A stretch of 64,000 nt of DNA from Elainellaceae cyanobacterium (GTDB lineage Bacteria; Cyanobacteriota; Cyanobacteriia; CAZCXK01). A program made the position numbers and the translations under genes. Within the stretch, counting starts at the first letter, position 1. Every line of letters begins with the position of its first letter. Shown here in pieces: positions 55,356-64,000 of the stretch. The stretch is taken from positions 1 to 64,000 of the forward strand of contig JBNPEG010000006.1 of the NCBI GenBank assembly GCA_051117555.1. The letters run 5' to 3'. The notes beneath the pieces are model-generated. The model was not told where the DNA came from. It saw only the letters and a list, made by a program, of their open reading frames with translations, and did no database searches.

Positions 55356-56286
55356 CGAACTATTAACGAATTGTGGCCTATCAAGTTCCGATGAATTTCC
55401 AGACAAAGATTTGGATGGGGTTCTGATGTCATCTCAGGAGGGGAGTAAAAGTCTGGTCGAATATATCAATGTCTGCTTTAGAGAGGCATAAAATTTTATC
55501 AGTAAGATTTGCTAGCGACATTGCAACATAATCAACATCAAATCCGTGAATATACGGAACTTATCGAGTCAATCTAATTTCGAAAATAGTTGATTAAAGC
55601 TGCTCAGCACTGCTCTATAGATGTCACAATTCTGCTACGGGAGGAATCAATTTGAGTCATTAAGCTGAAATTGAGACATGATTGCTGCACGACGATATAA
55701 AGAGTAGAGCAATCTTGACAAGATGTTATTTAGTTTTAATTTCCTGAATTTCCAGCCCTGCTCACGTTTCTTGAAAAGGGACATTGCCTCTTCAAATCAT
55801 TTGGCCTGGTTGAATTTCAACTCTTTTAACTTATATCTCTTCTCGATTGAGTAACGAGTTAAGCATCCAATATCTGACTCTGTTATTCAATAATGAACTT
55901 CAAATTTTTCTAAGCCCCATAAAAGAGCTCAGCCTTTATAATAAAAAGATATCTTTTATTACCACGCATAAAGAGTATTACTACTCACAGATAGCATACG
56001 GGTAGAGTTTTACGATTTTGCCCTCTTACTGTGGATTTACCTCTCAATAGTGTAAATGGGAATGGAGGAAATTGTCATCCAATAGAGATCGGTTATTCAT
56101 AAACTTACAAAACAAGGTACAAAATAAAGCCAAATGTCTAACCATCACTAGATTTAAAGATATGCATTGATTCAAGTCTCTCATTGCTCCTTAAGGTATC
56201 GAAACGGTCGGGCTTGGAAGAATCTATCCGCGTTATCGAATTTCTTAGTTGATTCTCATCACTATATTTTTTAGGTATAAGTTTCT

Positions 56287-56805
56287 ATGTCATCTATGAA
56301 CCGTCTCTCAATTTTTGTAGACGGGAACAACATGTTCTACGCTCAGCAGAAAAATGGTTGGTTTTTTGACCCTAAGAGAGTCTTACAACACTTTACCAGC
56401 GGACCGGATGTCATGCTCATTAATGCCTTCTGGTATACCGGGCTTAAAGATTCTCAGGATCAACGAGGATTTAGAGATGCTCTGATTAGTCTTGGATACA
56501 CCGTCAGGACTAAAATTCTTAAAGAGTATTATGACGATAACTCTGGGCGATATTCTCAGAAGGCGAATTTAGATATTGAAATTGTTGTAGACATGTTTAA
56601 CACCGTTGAGCAATACGATCGGGTAGTGCTGTTTAGTGGCGACGGTGATTTTGAGCGTGCCATTGAATTGTTGCGTTCAAAAAGCACTCACATTACGGTG
56701 GTATCAACCGAGGGAATGATTGCCCGGGAACTGCGTAACGCCACCGATCGCTACATCGATCTCAATGATATTCGCGATCGGATTGAAAAGATTGATGGTT
56801 TATAG
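56287..56805 (+). CDS. labA: LabA-like NYN domain protein
   Basis: IFVDGNN, KANLDIE, SGDGDF. Confidence 0.82.
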   Translation: MSSMNRLSIFVDGNNMFYAQQKNGWFFDPKRVLQHFTSGPDVMLINAFWYTGLKDSQDQRGFRDALISLGYTVRTKILKEYYDDNSGRYSQKANLDIEIVVDMFNTVEQYDRVVLFSGDGDFERAIELLRSKSTHITVVSTEGMIARELRNATDRYIDLNDIRDRIEKIDGL

Positions 56806-57055
56806 AGCGTGAGTCCTTGTGCCCCACGGTTTTTCTTAATTGAGATGAATTGAAGCGATCGCTCAATCTCGGTTGGATTGTTTAAAATTTCAGTTTGGGC
56901 TGCGATATAATTATAGTTTTGCATATTTTTTAAGGGCAAGGTTTCAAAGGAGCATGCATCATTACTAAACCATGCATAAGCACCCAGATAGTGCCAATGT
57001 TTGGCTAACTTACCTTGCAATATGATGGTCATTGTTGTTGAGTCAGTGAATTGCC

Positions 57056-58681
57056 ATGAATACAACTTCTCAGCCTGAACGCATCATTATCTTCGATACC
57101 ACTCTTCGGGATGGGGAACAGTCTCCCGGCGCGACTCTAAATGTGGATGAAAAGCTGAGTATTGCGCGGCAACTGGCTCGACTGGGTGTAGACGTGATTG
57201 AGGCAGGGTTCCCATTTGCCAGCCTTGGCGACTTTGAAGCCGTCAGTAAAATTGCGGAAACGGTTGGAATAGAGGGCGGACCCATAATCTGTGGACTTGC
57301 TAGAGCAACTCGTCAAGATATCAAGGCGGCTGCGGATGCCTTAAAGCCTGCGGTTCATGCCCGAATTCATACGTTCATTGCCACCTCAGACATTCACCTG
57401 CAATATAAGCTCAAAAAATCCAGGGACGATGTGTTAGCGATCGTGCCGGATATGGTTGCGTATGCAAAGTCTTTTGTAGAGGATGTGGAATTTTCGCCTG
57501 AAGATGCAGGACGTTCCGACCCAGCATTTTTGTATCAGGTTCTTGAAACGGCGATCGCCGCAGGTGCAACCACAATTAACATTCCTGATACGGTTGGTTA
57601 TACAACACCGAGCGAGTTTGGAGGTCTAATTCGCGGGATCAAAGAGAATGTGCCCAATATCGATCGCGCCATTATTTCTGTACATGGTCACAATGATTTA
57701 GGGTTGGCAGTCGCGAATTTCCTGGAAGCAATTAAGAATGGTGCGCGGCAGCTCGAATGCACAATCAATGGGATTGGAGAGCGTGCAGGTAATGCGGCGC
57801 TAGAAGAATTGGTCATGGCTCTCCATGTGCGTCGGCAACATTACAATCCGTTTTTGGGGCGATCGGCGGATTCGGAAGAGCCTCTGACCAACATTGATAC
57901 TCGCCAAATCTATAAAACATCTCGCCTTGTCTCCAATTTGACGGGTATGTTTGTGCAGCCGAACAAAGCGATTGTAGGCGCAAATGCCTTTGCCCACGAA
58001 TCTGGAATTCACCAAGATGGCGTTTTGAAGCACAAGCTGACCTATGAGATTATGGATGCTCAGTCGATTGGTTTGACTGACAACCAAATTGTACTGGGCA
58101 AGCATTCCGGGCGAAATGCATTCCGGACTCGACTTCATGAACTAGGGTTTGACCTATCTGAGCAAGACCTCAATCGCGCATTCCTCCGATTTAAGGAGTT
58201 GGCAGACAAGAAGAAGGAAGTCAGCGATTGGGATCTAGAAGCGATTGTAAATGATGAAACTCAACAAACTCCTGAGGCATTTCATCTTGAGCTCGTTCAA
58301 GTGTCCTGTGGCGATCGCGCTCGTCCGACCGCAACCGTTACGATTCTGACTCCTGACGGCAAAGAACTGACAGATGCTGCGACTGGAACAGGGCCCGTTG
58401 ATGCAGTTTATAAGGCGATTAATCGGGTCGTCGATATTCCTAATCAACTCATCGAGTTTTCGGTGAAGTCAGTCACAGAGGGAATTGATGCTATGGGTGA
58501 AGTGACAATTCGACTGCGTCACGAGGGTCGCCTATTTTCTGGACATGCAGCCAACACAGATATTGTGGTAGCGTCTGCCCATGCCTACATGAATGCACTC
58601 AATCGATTGCACACTGCGCTCCAAAATGGCAAAGTGCTGCATCCCCAGCGAGACAATGCAGAGGTGCAAGTCGTCGGATAA
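57056..58681 (+). CDS. leuA: 2-isopropylmalate synthase
   Basis: [24 protein letters not shown], regulatory GTGPVDA. Confidence 0.95.
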   Translation: MNTTSQPERIIIFDTTLRDGEQSPGATLNVDEKLSIARQLARLGVDVIEAGFPFASLGDFEAVSKIAETVGIEGGPIICGLARATRQDIKAAADALKPAVHARIHTFIATSDIHLQYKLKKSRDDVLAIVPDMVAYAKSFVEDVEFSPEDAGRSDPAFLYQVLETAIAAGATTINIPDTVGYTTPSEFGGLIRGIKENVPNIDRAIISVHGHNDLGLAVANFLEAIKNGARQLECTINGIGERAGNAALEELVMALHVRRQHYNPFLGRSADSEEPLTNIDTRQIYKTSRLVSNLTGMFVQPNKAIVGANAFAHESGIHQDGVLKHKLTYEIMDAQSIGLTDNQIVLGKHSGRNAFRTRLHELGFDLSEQDLNRAFLRFKELADKKKEVSDWDLEAIVNDETQQTPEAFHLELVQVSCGDRARPTATVTILTPDGKELTDAATGTGPVDAVYKAINRVVDIPNQLIEFSVKSVTEGIDAMGEVTIRLRHEGRLFSGHAANTDIVVASAHAYMNALNRLHTALQNGKVLHPQRDNAEVQVVG

Positions 58682-58767
58682 CACGTAGTGACTTAAACCC
58701 GTGAGGGACGTGATTCGCTTGCGTCCCTTTATAATGTGCTAGACATGCACGGCTGATTGGCATTCAA

Positions 58768-59601
58768 ATGGTTAAGAGATCGGAGAGCGGGCGCTACATC
58801 TGGACATATGTGCTGCTAGGGGCGATCGCCCTAGTGATGCTTCTACCCTTAATTTGGTTAGTCAGTACATCATTCAAATCCCCCACAGAGGATATCTTCC
58901 AGTTTCCCCCCCAGTTTCTTCCGCAACAGCCTACGCTCCAAAACTTTGTGCGAGTGTGGCAAACGAACCCATTTGGTCGATATCTGTTTAATAGCACCTT
59001 TGTAGCAGTACTCACGGTTGCCCTCAACCTGCTGTTTTGCTCGTTGGCAGCGTATCCGTTAGCTCGTCTCAATTTCCGAGGCCGGGAGCTCATTTTCACG
59101 TCTATTGTGGCGACGATTTTGATCCCGTTTCAGATTGTGATGATTCCGCTCTATATTTTGACCGTTCAGCTCGGGTTGCGAAATACCTATTTAGGCATCA
59201 TTTTTCCGGCGATCGCATCAGCATTTGGGATTTTTCTCTTACGCCAGGCGTTTCAGGGAGTGCCAAAAGAGCTAGAAGAAGCTGCCCGAATAGATGGCTG
59301 TTCTGATTTGGGTATTTGGTGGCATGTAATGGTACCGTCCGTACGACCTGCTCTTGTCACGCTTGCGATTTTTGTGTTTATCGGGTCTTGGAGCGATTTT
59401 CTATGGCCACTCATTATCCTCGATCGCCCCGAATACTATACATTGCCGCTGGGGGTCGCTAAACTAGCGGGGTCTTTTTCACTCGACTGGCGATTGATTG
59501 CAGCAGGTTCCGTCATTTCTATCGTCCCGATTCTTATTGTCTTCATTTTTATGCAGCGATACATTGTTCCTACCGAGACGGGAAGCGGCGTTAAAGGCTG
59601 A
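58768..59601 (+). CDS. Carbohydrate ABC transporter permease
   Basis: EAA motif ELEEAARIDG, WSDFLWP. Confidence 0.92.
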   Translation: MVKRSESGRYIWTYVLLGAIALVMLLPLIWLVSTSFKSPTEDIFQFPPQFLPQQPTLQNFVRVWQTNPFGRYLFNSTFVAVLTVALNLLFCSLAAYPLARLNFRGRELIFTSIVATILIPFQIVMIPLYILTVQLGLRNTYLGIIFPAIASAFGIFLLRQAFQGVPKELEEAARIDGCSDLGIWWHVMVPSVRPALVTLAIFVFIGSWSDFLWPLIILDRPEYYTLPLGVAKLAGSFSLDWRLIAAGSVISIVPILIVFIFMQRYIVPTETGSGVKG

Positions 59602-59788
59602 TCCTACAGAGCGTCCTATTGCGTATGTTAAGAAAGTATGCAATTATTTAAGAAATGTAACAAAAAGATTTAATTTTACGTATAACGAATCCCGTTGAAT
59701 GTTCTGTTAAATCTCTCAGGCGATCGGTGAAAGACCGCATCATGCGATTTCACGATTGTCAATAGTCAACGTTAGTAGGATCACAGCT

Positions 59789-60265
59789 ATGCAATCTGCT
59801 TCCAATTCTATGGAAACCACTACAAACAGCCTGTTTTTAGAAAGAGTAAAAAGAGCAGCGGGCTTAGAAGATTTATACGACGCAAGAGATGTGGCTGAAG
59901 TCGTCTTCCGCACGATGCGCGATGTGATGACAACTGAAGCATCTGATCGCGTTGCGTCAGAGCTTCAAGGGAAGGTCATGTCAACTGGAGACAGTGGTAC
60001 GGCAGAATGTGAACTGGCCCAACTCTGGCAAGACACCAATCCTGTAGTCCGTGCCTTAAGTCGAGTTCGCCCTCCTCTTGAAATTAAGCCAGAGACGTTT
60101 GTGTTTCGAATTAGCCAAGAGGCTGGAATTTCGAGAGGAATTGACCCTCTTGAAGTCACCGAAGCTATCTTCTCTGCATTTAAGCAGGAGCTTTCTCCAG
60201 AAAGGATTAAAGAAATCTCAGACTTTATGCCTGGAGATATTCGTCAGGTTTGGCGACGAGCATAA
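59789..60265 (+). CDS. DUF2267-like protein
   Basis: FLERVKRAAGL...AEVVFRTMRD; C-terminal PGDIRQVW. Confidence 0.75.
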   Translation: MQSASNSMETTTNSLFLERVKRAAGLEDLYDARDVAEVVFRTMRDVMTTEASDRVASELQGKVMSTGDSGTAECELAQLWQDTNPVVRALSRVRPPLEIKPETFVFRISQEAGISRGIDPLEVTEAIFSAFKQELSPERIKEISDFMPGDIRQVWRRA

Positions 60266-60352
60266 GCGAGCTGGGAGCATCAATGTTTGTTATGAGAGTA
60301 CTACTCCCGTGCTGCTCCAAAATTAGGTCTCAAAATCGACTAAAAAGCCTGC

Positions 60353-60446
60353 TATAGACCTACGGGCTCAGGTTTGTGTGGTGAGCCCCCGTGCCGCGGG
60401 GGCTCACCACACGTTTAAAGTCCTAATGCGAGAGCGCAGGACTATA
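60353..60446 (+). mobile_element. Family A miniature inverted-repeat element, copy 4 (94 bp)
   Basis: TATAGACCTACGGGCTCAG...16-bp perfect hairpin GTGTGGTGAGCCCCCG/CGGGGGCTCACCACAC...GCAGGACTATA. Confidence 0.8.
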
Positions 60447-60566
60447 TACCTAGATCTAGGTTGCCAAATCTTACGGCTAGGTGGGAGTCAATAATCTGAA
60501 AAACTGCATCTGGACGAGATTGGCAGTGTCAAGCCCTTGCTGCCGGAATTGTAACTGGTATTAAAT

Positions 60567-62363
60567 TTATATTCCTTGAGAAGATGGCTGATGTCGTTCA
60601 AGCAGTTCTTGATCGGGCGTGTAGACCTCTAAAGGCCGATTAAATGTATTTGCAATATGTTCAAATCCTTGTCCAAGAAGTTTGCGATGATGGGTGGCGA
60701 TCGCCTCGAGGTCATTATTTCGTGCTGATCTTGCAGCGATAACTGCATCAACATAGTCAGCATTGAGCTCGATTCGAATGGTTGGGCTAGCCGATATTAA
60801 CCGACAAAATGAAGATTCCCCCAGACAGACTTTGCCCAATTCCGTTTCGAGTCGTCGTATCTCTGGATGAGTGCTGCTCCCTACAGCGACTCTAGGTAGC
60901 GTATCGTCTCCTGCCTGAACGGTGGTTACCTCTTCTAGGGAGGACTCATAAAACAGCACCAGTCTGCGAGCATCGATTGCTGCAATCGTCCCTTGGGGAA
61001 TCTGGCGAAGCTGTTCGAGTGCGATCGCCCACGTTTCCTGTACATGTTGCCAGTCTTGCGGAGTTTCGGCTCGATACCGACTCATTTGCGCCCGGCGGGC
61101 AGACCTTTTAGCACGTTCCAGAGTGCGACTGGCATCTTCTTCGAGCCTGATTTGACGCTCAATTTCGGCAAGCTGTTGACGATGAGTTTGTAAAAGCTGC
61201 TGTGCAAACGGATATAAATCGCTGTCAGACGGAATTGCTTGTAATGGTGCGAGCGTTGATTGCCAGAGCGATTGCAACTCCTTCCATACTTCAATGTCAT
61301 AGATTGGACGCTGGCTTGCTTCCTGAGCTTCACGTACAACTCGTTCGAGGGCAAGAAGCTGATCAATCTGCTTCGCTTGAGTTTGATAATCATCGAGAAG
61401 AGGATGAGCATCGTGTGCATGCTTCGACCACACCGGGATGGGATCTAATAGAGCGATCCCCCGCTCAATCGACTGATAAGCCGTATCTAAGTCGTCCCAA
61501 GTTTCCGCTTGGTTTAACGTGAGTTTTATATCGTCCTGAAGCGCCTGTGCCGTTTGCAGTTCTGGACACGACCCAATCAAACAATAGCGAGTGAGTCCGT
61601 AGGTTCCACCCATTGCGCCTAACGTCGTAATTCCTAACGCAATAGCAATCTGAGTATCGAGATGACCGAGCCGAGATAATTGATGCGACGGTGACGAGTC
61701 GTGAGCCACGACCAAGGCCGAAGAGCTATCGATATCAACACTTTCTCCCAAGGAACCATCAATTGCACGCTGGGAAACGAATGGCTGAAACCAACGTTGC
61801 CAGTTTTCTTGAAAACGCTTAAACAGATTGGATTCATCTGAAAGGGTCAACACTACTGGGGATGACGAAGATTGAGACTCGTTAGTGGGATGACCGGACG
61901 GTGATGATGCTGGAGATTGCATATTAGTGCGAGAGTAGGAAGAATCAAATGATGTTAGTTGCTCAATGAGTCGTTCCAGATCGTCGTCATCTTCAATCCA
62001 GAGTTCTTCGTAGCCTTCCGTGGAGGGGTTCCATCGTCGAGGGATATGCTGAATCGAAGGCGGTGGAGGTTGAATTGCAAACTGACGATGCGCATACGGC
62101 TGCTTTTGTCCGATGATGCGAAGATAAAGGCGGACACTCTGGGTGAATTGAAGCTGCAATGTTTGAATCCGTCGCTCCATCATGTGTAGAATTTGCGCTG
62201 GATCAAGCACTGCGTCACCTCGATGCTGACCCAAGACGACTAAATTCCGTTCGCGGATAGTGCATTGAATATGCACTGGATCATCGTTAATACAGGCTTG
62301 GATACAGGCTTGGAGGTGATGCCGTAGCCGCTGCAAGTCCCCCGTATATGTAATCATCTCCAT
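60567..62363 (-). CDS. Hypothetical membrane-anchored helical-repeat protein
   Basis: 598-aa ORF, central TM segment followed by CxxGxC and amphipathic helical repeats. Confidence 0.7.
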   Translation of the reverse strand: MEMITYTGDLQRLRHHLQACIQACINDDPVHIQCTIRERNLVVLGQHRGDAVLDPAQILHMMERRIQTLQLQFTQSVRLYLRIIGQKQPYAHRQFAIQPPPPSIQHIPRRWNPSTEGYEELWIEDDDDLERLIEQLTSFDSSYSRTNMQSPASSPSGHPTNESQSSSSPVVLTLSDESNLFKRFQENWQRWFQPFVSQRAIDGSLGESVDIDSSSALVVAHDSSPSHQLSRLGHLDTQIAIALGITTLGAMGGTYGLTRYCLIGSCPELQTAQALQDDIKLTLNQAETWDDLDTAYQSIERGIALLDPIPVWSKHAHDAHPLLDDYQTQAKQIDQLLALERVVREAQEASQRPIYDIEVWKELQSLWQSTLAPLQAIPSDSDLYPFAQQLLQTHRQQLAEIERQIRLEEDASRTLERAKRSARRAQMSRYRAETPQDWQHVQETWAIALEQLRQIPQGTIAAIDARRLVLFYESSLEEVTTVQAGDDTLPRVAVGSSTHPEIRRLETELGKVCLGESSFCRLISASPTIRIELNADYVDAVIAARSARNNDLEAIATHHRKLLGQGFEHIANTFNRPLEVYTPDQELLERHQPSSQGI

Positions 62364-62589
62364 ATCAATTCGCCTTTGTCGATCGACTGGATATACTCAC
62401 CTAATGTTCTGGATTGGATACATCGTGCGAGTAAGTCCTAAAGCTGCTCCTTCTTTCTGAATTGGAGAGCTTTTTCCGGACATGCGACCGAAATCTCAAG
62501 CAAACTTCATCGAATCTGATACAGAACTCGATGAAATTCGATGACATGCATGCTCATTGCTCTAAGCAATTACGTATGGAGTAACCCTA

Positions 62590-62663
62590 CGGGACTGACG
62601 GGGCTCGAACCCGCAACTTCCGCCGTGACAGGGCGGTGCTCTAACCAATTGAACTACAGTCCC
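62590..62663 (-). tRNA. trnD: tRNA-Asp (GTC)
   Basis: GGGACTGTAGTTCAATTGGTTAGAGCACCGCCCT-GTC-ACGGCGGAAGTTGCGGGTTCGAGCCCCGTCAGTCCCG; CCA not encoded. Confidence 0.97.
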
Positions 62664-62713
62664 TCAATGCGCATTCAAATTTAGCGCAATTTCCATTTTG
62701 CCTAACTAATTGA

Positions 62714-64000
62714 TTATTTGTCAAATGATCCGGTAATAAATTCATCGTGTATGAAATCTACCAGCCAATCCTTGACGTGGTGGGTGGCTCGACAATCATC
62801 TTCGTTGTATCGCAGAATCGCCTCTAAATAGGTGCGATCGCCCGTATTGAGCCATTGATCATACCAATAAATTGATTGAGCCCCGTTCGCATCTGAGTCA
62901 CGCCAATTAAATCCTAGCCACCGAGCAATGGGCTTAAGAGCATAGCTTTCAATCGGCAATGCTACTGTGCGAGTCACACGCTCATGCAAGTCAATACAGC
63001 GTTTAATCAGAGGTTGAATCAATGAGTCAGGCGTTTCGTAGACGTTGGCTAAACGCTTTACAGTCTGGACTTCGTAGGGGCAAAAATGAAAAATAGGGGC
63101 GTGGGGATATTGCCAAACCAAATCTAGGAACTGTTCCCAGATGAGACGTTCATCGTCAGGGGTTTCAGCCAAGAGAGGATAAAATGTTTCAGTGTTAGCT
63201 TGGCGATCGACTAATAAAATTCCGTGTAGATAAATTAAGTTTTGCTCGGGAGCGGCTTCAATATCGAAGTATATTTCGACGTCTGAGGTGGGTAATTCTT
63301 CTGAAGAGAGCAGTGGCCCAATGGTGTCTGATCGTTCTAGTGGTGCGGCTAGGGCACAGTTTTGCAGCATCGATTGCGCTTGTCTCACAATTCGATGAGC
63401 GACGTGAATACCAAACCCTGGCAGCGGGGCCAATACATTAGGAGAGGTTGCTGCCAGTGCTTCAACCGTGGTCAAATCTAGTTCTTGAAGATGAACATAG
63501 CGACTCGGCGTAACACCGGGTAATAAGGACAAGTGCTGAGTTATTTGGGCGACCCCATAGCAGTGACTCAGCCAATGGCACAGATCACATCGATTACGCG
63601 CGATAAAGACTTCAGGCTCGCGGGCTGCAATTAGCATCTCCATGCAGTGATCTAAGATTTGCTGCATTCGGGGGAGTTGCTCAACCAAATCAACTTCGTA
63701 AGCTCCACGCTGTCTTAAAATTAACCAGCTTGATTCTGACCATGCCCCCTGCACCTCCGAGAGAACGTAGGCTTGAAATGCTGCGATAACCTGATAGTCT
63801 AGCTTGGGACGTTTGCCAAGTTTAATGTCAATAGGAACGTAGATCCAATCGCCAAAAACAGAGTACCCAGGCTGCTTGACCAAGAGCTTTGGAGACGTAA
63901 TCAGTTGGACTCCATTCTCCAGCGTATGTTGAAGCACTCCGCGAGAGATTCTTTCAACTCCCTGCTGCATAAGCTCTAACGTCGCCCGTGCTCCGGCATT
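62714..64000 (-). CDS. TM0106 family RecB-like putative nuclease (probably 5'-truncated by the window)
   Basis: DIK nuclease motif, CDLCHWLSHC, RNase H-like YFDIE, SYALK, YNEDDCRAT. Confidence 0.88.
   Translation of the reverse strand, partial: NAGARATLELMQQGVERISRGVLQHTLENGVQLITSPKLLVKQPGYSVFGDWIYVPIDIKLGKRPKLDYQVIAAFQAYVLSEVQGAWSESSWLILRQRGAYEVDLVEQLPRMQQILDHCMEMLIAAREPEVFIARNRCDLCHWLSHCYGVAQITQHLSLLPGVTPSRYVHLQELDLTTVEALAATSPNVLAPLPGFGIHVAHRIVRQAQSMLQNCALAAPLERSDTIGPLLSSEELPTSDVEIYFDIEAAPEQNLIYLHGILLVDRQANTETFYPLLAETPDDERLIWEQFLDLVWQYPHAPIFHFCPYEVQTVKRLANVYETPDSLIQPLIKRCIDLHERVTRTVALPIESYALKPIARWLGFNWRDSDANGAQSIYWYDQWLNTGDRTYLEAILRYNEDDCRATHHVKDWLVDFIHDEFITGSFDK

Larger units (their letters stand above)
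476..62841. repeat. HIP1 octamer GCGATCGC, dispersed (dozens of copies)
   Basis: Examples at 476, 1262, 2641, 53481, 62834; hallmark of many cyanobacteria. Confidence 0.95.

Noticed and set aside
62590..64000. Genomic island or defence system at tRNA-Asp with the TM0106 nuclease
   Set aside because: No integrase or duplicated tRNA 3' end is visible, and HIP1 occurs normally in the flanking genes.

Overview
Chromosomal window from a cyanobacterium. HIP1 GCGATCGC is very frequent and the gene order is typically cyanobacterial (gltB / glycosidase / cupin / HesB / rpsL-rpsG-fusA-tuf-rpsJ, fused panC-cmk, labA-leuA). The roughly 45 genes are mostly housekeeping, plus tRNA-Asp(GTC). I see no CRISPR array, integrase or transposase. 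The unexplained structure is in the intergenic DNA: (i) four copies of an 89-94 bp TATAG-terminated element whose central hairpin shows compensatory changes; (ii) a related 91-93 bp family, one copy carrying a nested insertion with an 8-bp target duplication; (iii) a filled/empty pair of repeats upstream of gyrA, where HIP1 and CTAG sites have each received an insertion; (iv) a 49-bp near-perfect palindrome upstream of gyrA; (v) a structured gltB leader; (vi) many short tandem duplications near gene ends. There is also a stand-alone zinc-LID adenylate kinase that looks horizontally acquired. All product calls come from motif recognition, not database searches.
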